The position numbers and the translations under genes are program-made. From assembly GCA_934444365.1 (NCBI GenBank), contig CAKSCM010000009.1, positions 1 to 64,000 of the forward strand: DNA of 64,000 nt, in the 5' to 3' direction. The DNA is from an uncultured Eubacteriales bacterium (lineage in GTDB: Bacteria; Bacillota; Clostridia; Oscillospirales; Acutalibacteraceae). Each line of letters opens with the position of its first letter. The first letter of the stretch is position 1. Below, piece by piece: positions 39,499 to 50,496 of the stretch. The notes below the pieces were generated by a model. It was not told the origin of the DNA, ran no database searches, and saw nothing but the letters and a program-made list of their open reading frames with translations.

Positions 39499-40683
39499 TT
39501 ACTCGGCCTTTTTGCGAACCCTTTTTATTATTATAAAGGCGGTCGCCGCAACAAGGGCCAAAGCGACTATCGCATAAACGAATGAGCTGATTTCGGTGCG
39601 CTTGACCTGACTCCAGCCGTCGTCCATTATTTTCTGGGTGTCGGCGTCAAGATATAAAAATTCCTCACCGCGCGAGAGAATTTCGGCCGACGGATAAACC
39701 ACCTCATCGTTGTAATAAGAGTACTCGGGATCCTGCTCAACCGAGGTTATCGGGCTTGAATAGCCTATCGTCTCGGCGTTTGCAAGGGCAATCTCATGCG
39801 AGCACATAAAATTGATATACTCCTCGGCCGCCGCCTTGTTTTTGGCCCCTTTGGGAATGCACATGGCATCCACAAAAACGTTGAAGCCTTCCTTCGGGAA
39901 AACAAATTCGAGGTCGGGATTATTGGCCTGCATGGTTTTAAAATCTCCGGCATAATACGGGGCGATCGCCGCCTCGCCGCTTTCCATTTTATTAAAGACC
40001 TCATCGGCAACATAGGCCTGTACAAGGGGCTTTTGCTCCTTTAACTTCTCGGTGGCAGCATCCCACTGAGCCTTATCGGTGGTGTTGTAGCTGTAACCGA
40101 GCAGAGAAAGCGCCACGGCATATGCGTCGCGCGGGTTGTTGAACATAAGTATTTTACCGGCATACTGTTCGTCCCACATATCGGCCCATCCCTCAAGAGG
40201 CGCCGAAACCATTGTTTTATTGTAAATAATGCCGGCGGTTCCCCATGTATAAGGCACCGAATATTCGCTGTTCGGATCGTACGAAAGCGAGGTTTTTATC
40301 ACCTTTTCGTCTACGCTCTTATAATTCGGAATGTTTGAAAAATCGAGCTTTTCAAGCATATCCTCCTTTATAAGACGGGAAATCATGTAATCCGACGGGG
40401 TTATAACGTCGTAATTGGCTCCGCCTGCTTTAAGCTTTGCATACATGGTCTCATTGGTGTCGTAATTTGAGTAATTTACGGTCATTTTAACGCCGTATTT
40501 CTGCTCGTAATACTTTTCAAATTCGGCGTTGACGTCGAGCGAATCCTCAGATCCGTCCGAGATATACTCGCCCCAGTTGAACACGTTGAGTGTAACCGGG
40601 TCGTTGTTGTCGGCACTTACCGCAACGCAAAGCGACGACAAAACCACAACAAGTACAGATAAAAATGACAAAAACCTTTTCAA
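39499..40683 (-). CDS. potD: Spermidine/putrescine-type ABC transporter substrate-binding protein (PotD-like). It has an N-terminal signal peptide and an unusual C-terminal TM anchor.
   Basis: SBP_bac_8-like (PotD/PotF) sequence features. The C-terminal helix is FVYAIVALALVAATAFIII followed by basic residues. Confidence 0.65.
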   Translation of the reverse strand: MKRFLSFLSVLVVVLSSLCVAVSADNNDPVTLNVFNWGEYISDGSEDSLDVNAEFEKYYEQKYGVKMTVNYSNYDTNETMYAKLKAGGANYDVITPSDYMISRLIKEDMLEKLDFSNIPNYKSVDEKVIKTSLSYDPNSEYSVPYTWGTAGIIYNKTMVSAPLEGWADMWDEQYAGKILMFNNPRDAYAVALSLLGYSYNTTDKAQWDAATEKLKEQKPLVQAYVADEVFNKMESGEAAIAPYYAGDFKTMQANNPDLEFVFPKEGFNVFVDAMCIPKGAKNKAAAEEYINFMCSHEIALANAETIGYSSPITSVEQDPEYSYYNDEVVYPSAEILSRGEEFLYLDADTQKIMDDGWSQVKRTEISSFVYAIVALALVAATAFIIIKRVRKKAE

Positions 40684-40717
40684 TTCCTTCGTTTCTCCTT
40701 AAATAAAGATTTTTTTA

Positions 40718-41575
40718 TCACATTGAAAACCTTTTAAGGTTTTCAAGTCCTACCCTTATGCTCTCGTCCACCGGCTCCATCCCCTCGAATTCGAGAGAAA
40801 TATATCCGTCGTATCCGGCGGCCTTTAAAATGTTTATACACTGCTTTACCGGAACGCAGCCGTGGCCCAAAACCGTACCGCGAAGGTAGTTTTGTCCCCG
40901 GGTTTTAAAAAAGCAAGCCCCGGGGTCCTCGCCCGATCCAGACTTATAAAGAAAATCCTTGGCATGGATATAAAAGGCATGAGGAGCAAGCCTTGATACC
41001 GCCTTTGACGGCTCCTCATCGACGCAAAGGAAATTGCCGATATCCACAAGCAGGCCGAAATTCTCATATCCGACGGCGTTAAAAAGCGCCTCTACGCGGT
41101 CGGAATCCTGGCATATAAACCCGTGGTTCTCGGTCATTGTGCGAACACCGCTGCCCTGTGCGTATTCGGCCACTCCGCGCACGCAATCGGCGACGGATTT
41201 AAGGCCTTGATCAAAGGAAGCGAAAAATCCCCCTGCCCCGAAAACGTCATGCCGCATGAGCTTCGAGCCCATCAAGGCGGCCGCATCGACGTAACGCTTT
41301 AACCGTTCAACCTCGTTGTGCCTGCCCTTTTCATCCTTGTTAAAATCGGCAGCTATTGCAAGGTTTGTAACCTCAAGGCCGAAGCTCCTTGCCCTTTTGC
41401 CGAATTCCTCCGCAAAACCAAGAATTTCCTTATCATCAATATATCCCGAAGGACTCAGTTCAATGCCGTCAAACCCGATATCCGCCGCTTTTTTCACACA
41501 ATCGGCAAGGGTCATCTCCCCATTTGCAATGCTCCTTGCAAAGCTGTAGGTCGTAACGGAATACTTCATCTGCAA
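40718..41575 (-). CDS. Xylose-isomerase-like TIM-barrel protein (sugar phosphate isomerase/epimerase family).
   Basis: 285 aa. AP-endonuclease-2/XI-like TIM-barrel features with metal-ligand His/Glu/Asp positions. Embedded between potC and potD. Confidence 0.7.
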   Translation of the reverse strand: MQMKYSVTTYSFARSIANGEMTLADCVKKAADIGFDGIELSPSGYIDDKEILGFAEEFGKRARSFGLEVTNLAIAADFNKDEKGRHNEVERLKRYVDAAALMGSKLMRHDVFGAGGFFASFDQGLKSVADCVRGVAEYAQGSGVRTMTENHGFICQDSDRVEALFNAVGYENFGLLVDIGNFLCVDEEPSKAVSRLAPHAFYIHAKDFLYKSGSGEDPGACFFKTRGQNYLRGTVLGHGCVPVKQCINILKAAGYDGYISLEFEGMEPVDESIRVGLENLKRFSM

Positions 41576-41619
41576 GTCCTCCTACCGCTGCACTGATACA
41601 GCCGGTTTGTTATCGGCCG

Positions 41620-42435
41620 TTATTTCCCGGATGCGGAATTTGTCTTTAGCTTTTTCTCGTTGCGATTCTGCCGGACATTTATCAGTATAAGCAGCACGAG
41701 CACCACGACAAAAAGTATTGTCGAAAGGGCGTTTATGTCCGGACGAACACGTTTTTTGGTCATGGAATAAATCCTAAGCGGAAGGGTCTGAAAGCCCGGA
41801 CCGCTGACAAAATAGCTTATTACAAAATCATCGATCGAAAGGGTAAACGACATTATAAATCCGGTGATTATTCCCGGTACGACCGACGGCAAAACCGCCT
41901 TAAAAAAGGCCTTTATAGGGGTGCAGCCGAGGTCCTGAGCCGCCTCGGACAAATACCTGTCGGAGGCCTTAAGCATCGGCAGCACCGAAAAAATAACGTA
42001 GGGTAAATTAAAGGTTATATGAGCTATAAGCACGGTTACAAATCCGAGGGTCGAGGTGTTTTTAAACAGCACACCCACAAAAACAAACAGCAGCATAAGC
42101 GAAACGCCGGTTACTATGTCGGGGTTCATAAGCGGTATATTGGTAACCGCACTGACCGCTTTTTTCTGCCAGCGGTGCATATAGGATATTCCGACCGCCG
42201 CCGCCGTGCCGAGCACCGTTGCGATAACGGCCGACAAAACGGCCACTATAAGGGTGTTGTACAGCGAGCCGATGGTCTGCCTGTCGCGAAAAAGCTCGGC
42301 ATACCATTTAAACGAAAATCCCGTAAAAACTCCGGTGGAATCGCCTTTGTTAAATGAAAAGAAAATCATGACAAGGATAGGAGCATACATCAGGAAAAAA
42401 ATTATGAAAAGATATATCTTAGAGGCTTTTTTCAT
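41620..42435 (-). CDS. potC: ABC transporter permease (PotC-like).
   Basis: Six-TM BPD-transport permease. Its start overlaps the potB stop by 4 bp. Confidence 0.75.
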   Translation of the reverse strand: MKKASKIYLFIIFFLMYAPILVMIFFSFNKGDSTGVFTGFSFKWYAELFRDRQTIGSLYNTLIVAVLSAVIATVLGTAAAVGISYMHRWQKKAVSAVTNIPLMNPDIVTGVSLMLLFVFVGVLFKNTSTLGFVTVLIAHITFNLPYVIFSVLPMLKASDRYLSEAAQDLGCTPIKAFFKAVLPSVVPGIITGFIMSFTLSIDDFVISYFVSGPGFQTLPLRIYSMTKKRVRPDINALSTILFVVVLVLLILINVRQNRNEKKLKTNSASGK

Positions 42436-43256
42436 ACGACCATCGTCTCCCCTTCCCCGTCGGTATACTGGTTCATTATGGCTATGCATATAAAGATCAT
42501 GACCATAAGCACCAGCGACAGCGCCGCGCCGACATTGTAGTTATACTCCCAGTTGAACTTTGTGTCGATAACATCGCCTATAAGCATGAGGTTTCCGCCG
42601 AGCTTCTGGGAAATATAAAAGGTACTTACCGACGGAACAAACACCATGGTAACGCCCGAGGCGATTCCCGGAACACTAAGCGGCAGCACCACTCTTTTAA
42701 AAACCGACATGGCCGAGCCGCCCAGATCCTGAGCCGCCTCGATAAGGTTTTTGTCGATCTTGGTCATGACGGTATAAAGCGGCAGTATCATATACGGAAT
42801 AAAGTTGTAAACCATACCTATAACGACGGCCGCACGGGTGTTTATAACGTGTATAGGACCTATACCGATATACGAAAGCAGGCTGTTTATTATACCGGTA
42901 TCCTCCAGAATGGTCATAAGCGCATAGGTCCTCAGTATAAGATTCATCCACATCGGCAGCATGACAAGCACTATCATTATACGCTGCTTCGATTGCGGCA
43001 TTCGCGATATCATATAGGCTATCGGATATGCGATAACAAGGCTTATAACGGTAGCTACCGCACCCAGCCACACCGACAGCAAAAGGGTGTCGCCGTAATC
43101 CGCAATGGCCGAAATGTTGTTAAGCGTGAAGGCCCCATCGCTGTCGGTAAAGGCATAATAAGCCACCACGCCTAAAGGCACGACTATAAATATTACCGAC
43201 CACAAAAGGTAGGGCGCCGCGCATAGGCGCTGAGCCAAAGTGCGTTTAGCCTTCAA
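42432..43256 (-). CDS. potB: ABC transporter permease (PotB-like).
   Basis: Six-TM BPD-transport permease. Its start overlaps the potA stop. Confidence 0.75.
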   Translation of the reverse strand: MKAKRTLAQRLCAAPYLLWSVIFIVVPLGVVAYYAFTDSDGAFTLNNISAIADYGDTLLLSVWLGAVATVISLVIAYPIAYMISRMPQSKQRIMIVLVMLPMWMNLILRTYALMTILEDTGIINSLLSYIGIGPIHVINTRAAVVIGMVYNFIPYMILPLYTVMTKIDKNLIEAAQDLGGSAMSVFKRVVLPLSVPGIASGVTMVFVPSVSTFYISQKLGGNLMLIGDVIDTKFNWEYNYNVGAALSLVLMVMIFICIAIMNQYTDGEGETMVV

Positions 43257-44431
43257 TTCTTGTCATCCCCTTCGCTTTCTTCGCCCTCTTCGAAAATCTC
43301 GCTCGCTTCCTCCTCGGGAACGTAATCCGGATCGGAAAGATGATCCATTTCCTCGCTGAAGGTGCTGTAATCGCCGAACATTCCGGAATACTCCGATTTT
43401 TTCATAACATGTATATCCTCGGGATTAAGCACAATGCCTATATCATCCCCGACGTTTATACAGTCGGTGGTCTGTATCATCCATTTAAAGCCCTTTATAT
43501 CCACTATTACCTCATAATGGACACCCTTGAAGGTCGATCCGGTAACAATACCCGACAGATGTCCCTTTTCCGGAACGGTAACGTCTATATCCTCGGGACG
43601 TATTACTATGTCGACCGGCTCGTCCTTATCAAAGCCCTTATCGACGCAATCGAAGACCTTGCCGGCAAATTCGCACTTATAATCCTCGCGCATAATGCCG
43701 TCTAAAATATTGCTGTCCCCTATAAAATCGGCGACAAAGGCATTCTCCGGCTCGTTGTAAATATCCTGAGGGGTTCCTATCTGCTGAATTAACCCCTTAT
43801 CCATAACCACAACGCGATCGGACATGGAAAGCGCCTCTTCCTGATCGTGGGTTACGAAAATAAAGGTTATTTTAAGCCGCTGCTGTATTTTTTTAAGCTC
43901 AACCTGCATATCCTTGCGAAGCTTTAAATCAAGGGCTGCAAGCGGCTCGTCAAGAAGCAGTACCTTGGGACTTGTAACCAAAGCGCGGGCTATTGCAACA
44001 CGCTGCTGCTGACCTCCCGAAAGGGTGGCGATCCGCCGCTTTTCAAAGCCCTTTAAGCCGACAAGCTCTATCATCTCGCCGACCTTGCTTTTTATCTCCT
44101 TTTCGGGGAGCTTGCGCACCCTCAGTCCGAAGGCGACGTTCTCGAAAACGTTAAGATGCTCAAACAGCGCATAACGCTGAAATATCGTACATACCTCGCG
44201 CTTATACGGAGGAAGATCGTTGATATTCCGTCCGTCAAAAAAAACATCGCCGCTGTTCTGACTTACAAAACCCGCAATTATCCGAAGGGTAGTGGTTTTG
44301 CCGCAGCCGGAGGGGCCGAGCAATGTAACAAATTCCCCGTCTTTTATTGAAAGACTGATATCGCGAAGAATGGGTTCCGAGTCGAATTCGACGACAATAT
44401 TTTTAAGCTCTATTAAATTTTTGTCGGACAT
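43253..44431 (-). CDS. potA: ABC transporter ATP-binding protein (PotA-like) with an acidic C-terminal tail.
   Basis: Walker [18 protein letters not shown], Walker B LLLDEP. It has a C-terminal TOBE-like domain followed by an [18 protein letters not shown] tail. Confidence 0.8.
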   Translation of the reverse strand: MSDKNLIELKNIVVEFDSEPILRDISLSIKDGEFVTLLGPSGCGKTTTLRIIAGFVSQNSGDVFFDGRNINDLPPYKREVCTIFQRYALFEHLNVFENVAFGLRVRKLPEKEIKSKVGEMIELVGLKGFEKRRIATLSGGQQQRVAIARALVTSPKVLLLDEPLAALDLKLRKDMQVELKKIQQRLKITFIFVTHDQEEALSMSDRVVVMDKGLIQQIGTPQDIYNEPENAFVADFIGDSNILDGIMREDYKCEFAGKVFDCVDKGFDKDEPVDIVIRPEDIDVTVPEKGHLSGIVTGSTFKGVHYEVIVDIKGFKWMIQTTDCINVGDDIGIVLNPEDIHVMKKSEYSGMFGDYSTFSEEMDHLSDPDYVPEEEASEIFEEGEESEGDDKN

Positions 44432-44911
44432 TTATGCACCCACCTTTTTTATATCGGCGCGGTGCAAAAACGCACAAAACGCCACAATATTTTTTATTTC
44501 ATATCAATGATACAAATAATATATATTTTCGAGCAAAAAGTCAATAGCAATGCGAAAAAATCGGCATTTTTTTAATCTGCCGACGAATATTTTACATTTT
44601 TCCCGATAACTTGAATAATAAGTGAGGTCTTTTGCTATAATTTACATAATTGAGCCATCCAATCAAAGCCCGTTTCAAGCGGATGCGCTCGCATTCCGCA
44701 AGGGCGAAAACACTGCTTTCCATAAGCATATTTGCTTTAAGCTTTGCGGTATTGCATATAATGATATTATATGTTATTATCATTAAGATATTTTATACTT
44801 ATGCTGCACCGGACATCGCCTTTCAACCCTAATCGGAACATGACAGCGCCTTTTTCGAGGTCGATCATCCGTTATGCGGTGCAGCGCCAAAGGGAGAAAA
44901 TGTAATCCGCT

Positions 44912-46192
44912 ATGAATATACTTATAAAAGATGCCGACCGGCTGCTTTTTGAAAACGGGGCCTTTACCGTGTCACGTGGTGATATCTGCATATCAAACGG
45001 TAAAATAACGTCGCTCGATTCGGAATCGGATAATTTTAGGGCCGACAAAATCCTCTCCGGCGACGACCGATTGGTCATTCCCGGTCTTATAAACGCTCAC
45101 ACCCATTCGTATATGGATCTTTTCCGCAACTGTGCCGACGACCTTACCTTTTCCGACTGGCTGTTCGGCAGGGTTATGCCCCTTGAGGACAAGCTGACCT
45201 TTGACGACTGCTATACCGGCGCGCTTCTTGCCTGCGCCGAGATGATAAAAAGCGGTACAACCTGTTTTCTCGATATGCATCCCTTTAAAAACCAGACCGC
45301 AAAGGCAGCGAGGGACACGGGACTGAGAGCGGTAATATCAAGAGGGCTTACCGATTCGCTCGGCGAACAGGCCGGTCTTGACCGTCTTGCCCAGGCCAAA
45401 GAGGAAATGGAAAACTTCAAGGATGAGGAGCTCATAACCTTCATGGCCGCTCCCCACGCCGTTTATACCTGCAGTAAGGAATATCTTATAAAAATACGCG
45501 ATTTTGCCCTTTATGAGAATCTGCCCATAAACATGCATTTAAGCGAGACCGTCGACGAGGTAAAAGGTATCGCTGAGCAGTACGGCTGCTCGCCGGTGGA
45601 ATATGTCGAAAGTCTCGGTCTTTTTGACATTCACACGGTCGCTGCCCATTGCGTTCAGCTGAGCGACCGGGATATATCAATACTGGCCGAAAAAGGCGTT
45701 TATGTCGCCACCAACCCAAAAAGCAATTTAAAGCTTGCCAACGGAATAGCCCCTGTCGACGCACTGCTCAAAAAGGGCGCAAAGGTATGTATAGGAACCG
45801 ATTCGGCGGCCAGCAACAACACCCTTGATATGTTTGAAGAAATGCGATTTGCCGCCCTTTTGCAAAAGGGGGTCACGCACGATCCGACCTCGGCCGACGC
45901 ACAAAGCATTCTAAAAGCCGCAACAATAACCGGCGCCGAGGCGCTCGGCGTAAATTCGGGCGAAATCGCCGTCGGCAAAAACGCCGATTTGGTTATGCTT
46001 GATACATCCGCAATCCCGTTTTGTCCTAAGAGCAATCCCGTATCGGCTCTTGTCTATTCGGTCTCAAAGAGCGAGGTAAAAACGGTCATTGTAAACGGAA
46101 ATATCCTCATGCTCGACGGAGTGCTTACCACAATAGACGAGGCCGCCGTCAAGGAAAAATGCAACAGAATATACGAAAGGATAAACGGTTAA
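44912..46192 (+). CDS. mtaD: 5-methylthioadenosine/S-adenosylhomocysteine deaminase (amidohydrolase) MtaD.
   Basis: Metal-binding INAHTHSYMD motif. 426 aa. Adjacent to ahcY. Confidence 0.8.
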   Translation: MNILIKDADRLLFENGAFTVSRGDICISNGKITSLDSESDNFRADKILSGDDRLVIPGLINAHTHSYMDLFRNCADDLTFSDWLFGRVMPLEDKLTFDDCYTGALLACAEMIKSGTTCFLDMHPFKNQTAKAARDTGLRAVISRGLTDSLGEQAGLDRLAQAKEEMENFKDEELITFMAAPHAVYTCSKEYLIKIRDFALYENLPINMHLSETVDEVKGIAEQYGCSPVEYVESLGLFDIHTVAAHCVQLSDRDISILAEKGVYVATNPKSNLKLANGIAPVDALLKKGAKVCIGTDSAASNNTLDMFEEMRFAALLQKGVTHDPTSADAQSILKAATITGAEALGVNSGEIAVGKNADLVMLDTSAIPFCPKSNPVSALVYSVSKSEVKTVIVNGNILMLDGVLTTIDEAAVKEKCNRIYERING

Positions 46193-46196
46193 ATAA

Positions 46197-47435
46197 ATGA
46201 AAAGCGAAATAAAAGACAAAGGACTTTTCGAAAGCGGAGAGCTTAAAATAAAATGGGCATACGATCATATGCCGCTGCTTAAAAGCATTGAAAAGGATTT
46301 TGCGAAAGACAAGCCCTTTGACGGCAAAAAAATCGCCCTTTCGGTACATCTTGAAGCTAAAACGGCCGTTTTGTGCCGGGTGCTCGCCACAGGCGGCGCC
46401 GAGATGTACGTCACGGGCAGCAACCCCCTTTCAACCCAGGATGATATTGCGGCCGCTCTCGTAAAGGGCGGAATGAATGTGTTTGCACTCCACGGTGCAA
46501 CCGATGAGCAATATGAGCGCCATATGAGGGAGGTTTTATCGGTCGGCCCCGACATAATAATCGATGACGGCGGCGACCTCGTCCATTTAATGCATACACG
46601 GTTCAGGGAGCTGTTGCCCAAGGTTTTGGGCGGATGCGAGGAGACGACCACCGGAATAACAAGGCTTAAAAAAATGCAGAAAAACGGCGAGCTTGAGTTC
46701 CCGATGATGAACGTAAACGACGCCGACTGCAAGCATCTTTTCGACAACCGATACGGAACCGGCCAGTCGGTCTTTGACGGAATCGACAGAACCACCAACC
46801 TCATAATAGCCGGAAAAACCGTTGTTGTCGCCGGATACGGATGGTGCGGCAAAGGCGTCGCCATGAGGGCAAAGGGACTGGGCGCCTCGGTAGTAGTCAC
46901 CGAAATCGACCCGATAAAGGCAATCGAAGCGGTTATGGACGGCTTTAAGGTAATGTCGATGGATGACGCCGCCGTAATAGGCGATCTTTTTATAACGGTC
47001 ACCGGCTGCTGCTCGGTAATAACAAGCCGGCATTTTGAAAAAATGAAGGATTCGGCAATACTCTGCAACGCCGGCCATTTTGACGTTGAGGTCGATGCGG
47101 CCGCTTTAAGAAAAGCGGCGAAGGACCGCTACGAGGCAAGACAGAATATCGAATGCTTTGTAATGCCAAACGGCAACAAGCTTTATCTTCTGGCCGGAGG
47201 ACGGCTCGTAAACCTTGCCGCCGGCGACGGCCATCCGGCCGAAATAATGGATATGAGCTTTGCCATACAGGCCCTTTGCGCCGAATACATAGCAAAGAGC
47301 AAGGCCGGCGGACGTCCGGGCGTTCACAGCGTTCCGCATGAAATCGACCAAAAGGTCGCCTCATTAAAGCTCGGCTTTCTCGGGGCAAAAACCGATATAT
47401 TAACGCCCGAGCAAGCCGAATATCTCGGTCTTTAA
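46197..47435 (+). CDS. ahcY: Adenosylhomocysteinase.
   Basis: SAH hydrolase NAD-binding region (GYGWCGKG). 412 aa. Confidence 0.9.
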   Translation: MKSEIKDKGLFESGELKIKWAYDHMPLLKSIEKDFAKDKPFDGKKIALSVHLEAKTAVLCRVLATGGAEMYVTGSNPLSTQDDIAAALVKGGMNVFALHGATDEQYERHMREVLSVGPDIIIDDGGDLVHLMHTRFRELLPKVLGGCEETTTGITRLKKMQKNGELEFPMMNVNDADCKHLFDNRYGTGQSVFDGIDRTTNLIIAGKTVVVAGYGWCGKGVAMRAKGLGASVVVTEIDPIKAIEAVMDGFKVMSMDDAAVIGDLFITVTGCCSVITSRHFEKMKDSAILCNAGHFDVEVDAAALRKAAKDRYEARQNIECFVMPNGNKLYLLAGGRLVNLAAGDGHPAEIMDMSFAIQALCAEYIAKSKAGGRPGVHSVPHEIDQKVASLKLGFLGAKTDILTPEQAEYLGL

Positions 47436-47711
47436 TCCGTTTTTCGGATAATGGTTTTATAACAAAAATACCGGTACTCACCGTCGGCCGACATAAGGTT
47501 TCAACACCTTACGACCGGCGGTAAATACAGCAAAAACCGCTCTTCGCGTTTTTTCGTCAGGATATCCGTTTAAAGGACAAATTACGGATAATTGCTCCCC
47601 CGTAAAAACGACAGAAACATCCGTTTTTAAAGCTCTCGAAAAACGGCTTTAAAAACCTGGTAAAGACCGGGTGATTTTTGCGGCACCGTAAAAAAATAAA
47701 AGAGGTAGAAA

Positions 47712-48650
47712 ATGAATAAAAAGAGCTTTGTAAGCAGTATGCTGCTGTTACTGGCGGCGCTGATATGGGGCTTTGCTTTTACAGCCCAAAGTCTTTGTAC
47801 AGATTATATAGGACCCTTTACATACGGCACCGTACGTTTTTTCATCGGCGGAACGGTGCTTTTGCCGATGATACCGATTTACGCAAAAATCGAAAAAAAA
47901 CAGGCAGATGCCTCGGACAAAAATCCGTCCGATCGGCCGAAAAGCCTTAAAAAGCTGTTTATCGGCGGTATACTTTGCGGAGTTTTTCTTTGTGCGGCTT
48001 CGGTCCTGCAGCAAGCCGGAATTGAAACCACGACCCCCGGAAAAGCCGGATTTATAACCGCACTGTACGTCGTCTTAGTCCCCGTATTCGGCATTTTTTT
48101 ACGCAGAAAAACTCCGCTGATAGTATGGATATCGGTCTGCCTTGCCGTTCCCGGACTCTATCTTTTGTGTGTGAGCAGCGGATTTTCCATTGCAAAAGGC
48201 GATCTTCTTATACTGGGATCAGCGCTGCTTTTTGCTTTTCACATACTTATTATCGATCATTTTTCGCCGCTTGTTAACAGCGTCGCACTCTCCTGCATCC
48301 AGTTTTATACCGGCGCCGTATTTTCGGGCGTTCTGATGCTTATATACGAACAGCCCTCGATAAACGCGATAATGCAGTGTCTGGCGCCTATTTTATATAT
48401 AGGTGTTTTTTCGACCGGTGTTGCCTATACCCTGCAGGTAATAATGCAGAAAAACACAAACCCGACCGTCGCCTCGCTGCTTTTGAGCTTTGAGTCGGTC
48501 TTTTCGGTAATAGGCGGCTGGCTTATTCTGGGACAAACCCTCACCGCGCGAGAGCTGTGCGGATGTATTTTAATGTTTGCCGCCGTAATACTTTCCCAGC
48601 TTCCGCCCGATATTTTCCGTGTTTTCCGAAAAAAACGTGATAAAATATAA
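47712..48650 (+). CDS. DMT-superfamily (EamA) transporter.
   Basis: Ten predicted TM helices with duplicated EamA halves. Confidence 0.75.
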   Translation: MNKKSFVSSMLLLLAALIWGFAFTAQSLCTDYIGPFTYGTVRFFIGGTVLLPMIPIYAKIEKKQADASDKNPSDRPKSLKKLFIGGILCGVFLCAASVLQQAGIETTTPGKAGFITALYVVLVPVFGIFLRRKTPLIVWISVCLAVPGLYLLCVSSGFSIAKGDLLILGSALLFAFHILIIDHFSPLVNSVALSCIQFYTGAVFSGVLMLIYEQPSINAIMQCLAPILYIGVFSTGVAYTLQVIMQKNTNPTVASLLLSFESVFSVIGGWLILGQTLTARELCGCILMFAAVILSQLPPDIFRVFRKKRDKI

Positions 48651-48913
48651 GGAGTATTTGTAATTCCTTTTATATTTTTCGTCAAATAAGAACCTCTTCT
48701 TACGATTTATTGCATATTTCATCTTGAAAAAAAGCGTTTTTCGATATATAATGTTTGGTGTTGCCTGAATTTCCGAAAGAATACATAAAGGCGGCATAAA
48801 ATTCCTGCCGGTAACCGCCGATTCGGAGCCGACCGGCAGCGTATGCAATATACAGTGAAAAATACAATATGTTATTCATAATTCATAAAAACTGAAAGGT
48901 TTGTAATTACAGT

Positions 48914-50356
48914 ATGGCCGAACAAAAGAAAATGGTTGAAGACATAACCTCGATGGATGTCGACTTTACAAAATGGTATACCGACGTTGTGCGCAAGGCT
49001 GAGCTTGCGGATTACTCGAACGTCAGGGGATGTATGGTTGTACGTCCGTACGGATGCGCAATATGGGAGAACATTCACGACGAGCTTGACCGCCGTTTCA
49101 AGGAGACCGGTCACGAAAACGTCATGATGCCGATGTTTATTCCCGAAAGCCTGCTCCAAAAGGAAAAGGATCATGTTGAGGGCTTTGCTCCGGAGGTTGC
49201 ATGGGTAACCCACGGAGGCGATGAGGAATTAACCGAGCGTCTTTGCGTAAGACCCACCTCCGAAACCCTTTTCTGCGACCATTATAAGGACATAATCCAC
49301 TCCTGGCGCGATCTTCCCAAGCTCTACAATCAGTGGTGCTCGGTTGTCCGCTGGGAGAAAACCACCCGTCCGTTTTTGCGTACGATGGAATTCTGGTGGC
49401 AGGAAGGTCACACCATGCACGCCACCGCCGACGAGGCGAAGGAAGAAACCGAGCGCATGCTCGGAGTTTATGCCGATTTGTGCGAGAATGTTCTTGCTAT
49501 TCCCGTAGTAAAGGGCAAAAAGACCGATAAAGAAAAATTCGCCGGTGCCGAGGCCACCTATACGATAGAGGCCATGATGCATGACGGCAAGGCCCTTCAA
49601 AGCGGTACAAGCCATTATTTCGGCGACGGCTTTGCCCGTGCCTTCGGCATACAGTATACCGATAAAAACAACAAGCCCCGGTATCCGCATCAGACCTCCT
49701 GGGGAATGAGCACAAGAATTATAGGCGCCGTTATAATGACCCACGGCGACAATAACGGTCTGGTCCTCCCCCCGAGGATAGCCCCCGTTCAGGTGGTTAT
49801 AATTCCCGTCGCCGCACACAAACCCGGCGTTACCGAAAAGGCCGATGAAATTGCGGCGCGTTTAAAGAAGGTCTGCCGTGTAAGCGTTGATAAAACCGAG
49901 CAGTCGCCGGGCTGGAAATTTGCACAGCACGAAATGCGCGGTGTGCCTTTAAGGCTTGAAATAGGCCCGAAGGATATAGAAAAGAACCAGTGCGTTATCG
50001 CGCGGCGTGATACCGGCGAAAAGATCTTTGTATCGCTCGACGAGATTGAAGGAAAGATCCCCGAGCTGCTCGACGATGTCCACAATTCACTTTACAACCG
50101 CGCCCTTGCCCGCCGCGAAAGCATGACCTACGAAGCCAAGGACATGGATGAGCTTTGCCGTCTGGCCGACGAAAAGCCCGGATTTATAAAGGCTCTTTGG
50201 TGCGGCAAGCTTGAGTGTGAAGAAAAAATAAAGAACGACGCGGGACTAACCTCGCGCTGTATGCCCTTTGATGAACAAAACGGCGCCGAGGACGGAGTAT
50301 GTGCCTGCTGCGGCAAAAAATCCAAGGCTCTTGTCTACTGGGGTAAGGCATATTAA
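48914..50356 (+). CDS. proS: Proline--tRNA ligase (archaeal/eukaryotic-type class II ProRS).
   Basis: Class II aaRS motifs. 480 aa with a C-terminal zinc-binding domain (CACCGKK). Confidence 0.9.
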   Translation: MAEQKKMVEDITSMDVDFTKWYTDVVRKAELADYSNVRGCMVVRPYGCAIWENIHDELDRRFKETGHENVMMPMFIPESLLQKEKDHVEGFAPEVAWVTHGGDEELTERLCVRPTSETLFCDHYKDIIHSWRDLPKLYNQWCSVVRWEKTTRPFLRTMEFWWQEGHTMHATADEAKEETERMLGVYADLCENVLAIPVVKGKKTDKEKFAGAEATYTIEAMMHDGKALQSGTSHYFGDGFARAFGIQYTDKNNKPRYPHQTSWGMSTRIIGAVIMTHGDNNGLVLPPRIAPVQVVIIPVAAHKPGVTEKADEIAARLKKVCRVSVDKTEQSPGWKFAQHEMRGVPLRLEIGPKDIEKNQCVIARRDTGEKIFVSLDEIEGKIPELLDDVHNSLYNRALARRESMTYEAKDMDELCRLADEKPGFIKALWCGKLECEEKIKNDAGLTSRCMPFDEQNGAEDGVCACCGKKSKALVYWGKAY

Positions 50357-50496
50357 AAGAATTACACCGGGAACTGTACCGGGCAAAATCAATCCGCTTA
50401 ATAAAGCGTCTGACAAGCGCCCTTTCCCCTCTATATTCAGCCGGAAATCCCGAAATTCCGGTGCGAAGTAAGCCGAAAATAAAGTTTTAAAAAAGG

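Noticed and set aside
48651-48913. T-box riboswitch upstream of proS.
   Set aside because: I cannot find the conserved T-box motif (AATTAGGGTGGNACCGCG-like), and the leader is shorter than typical T-boxes. I kept only a low-confidence structured-leader finding.
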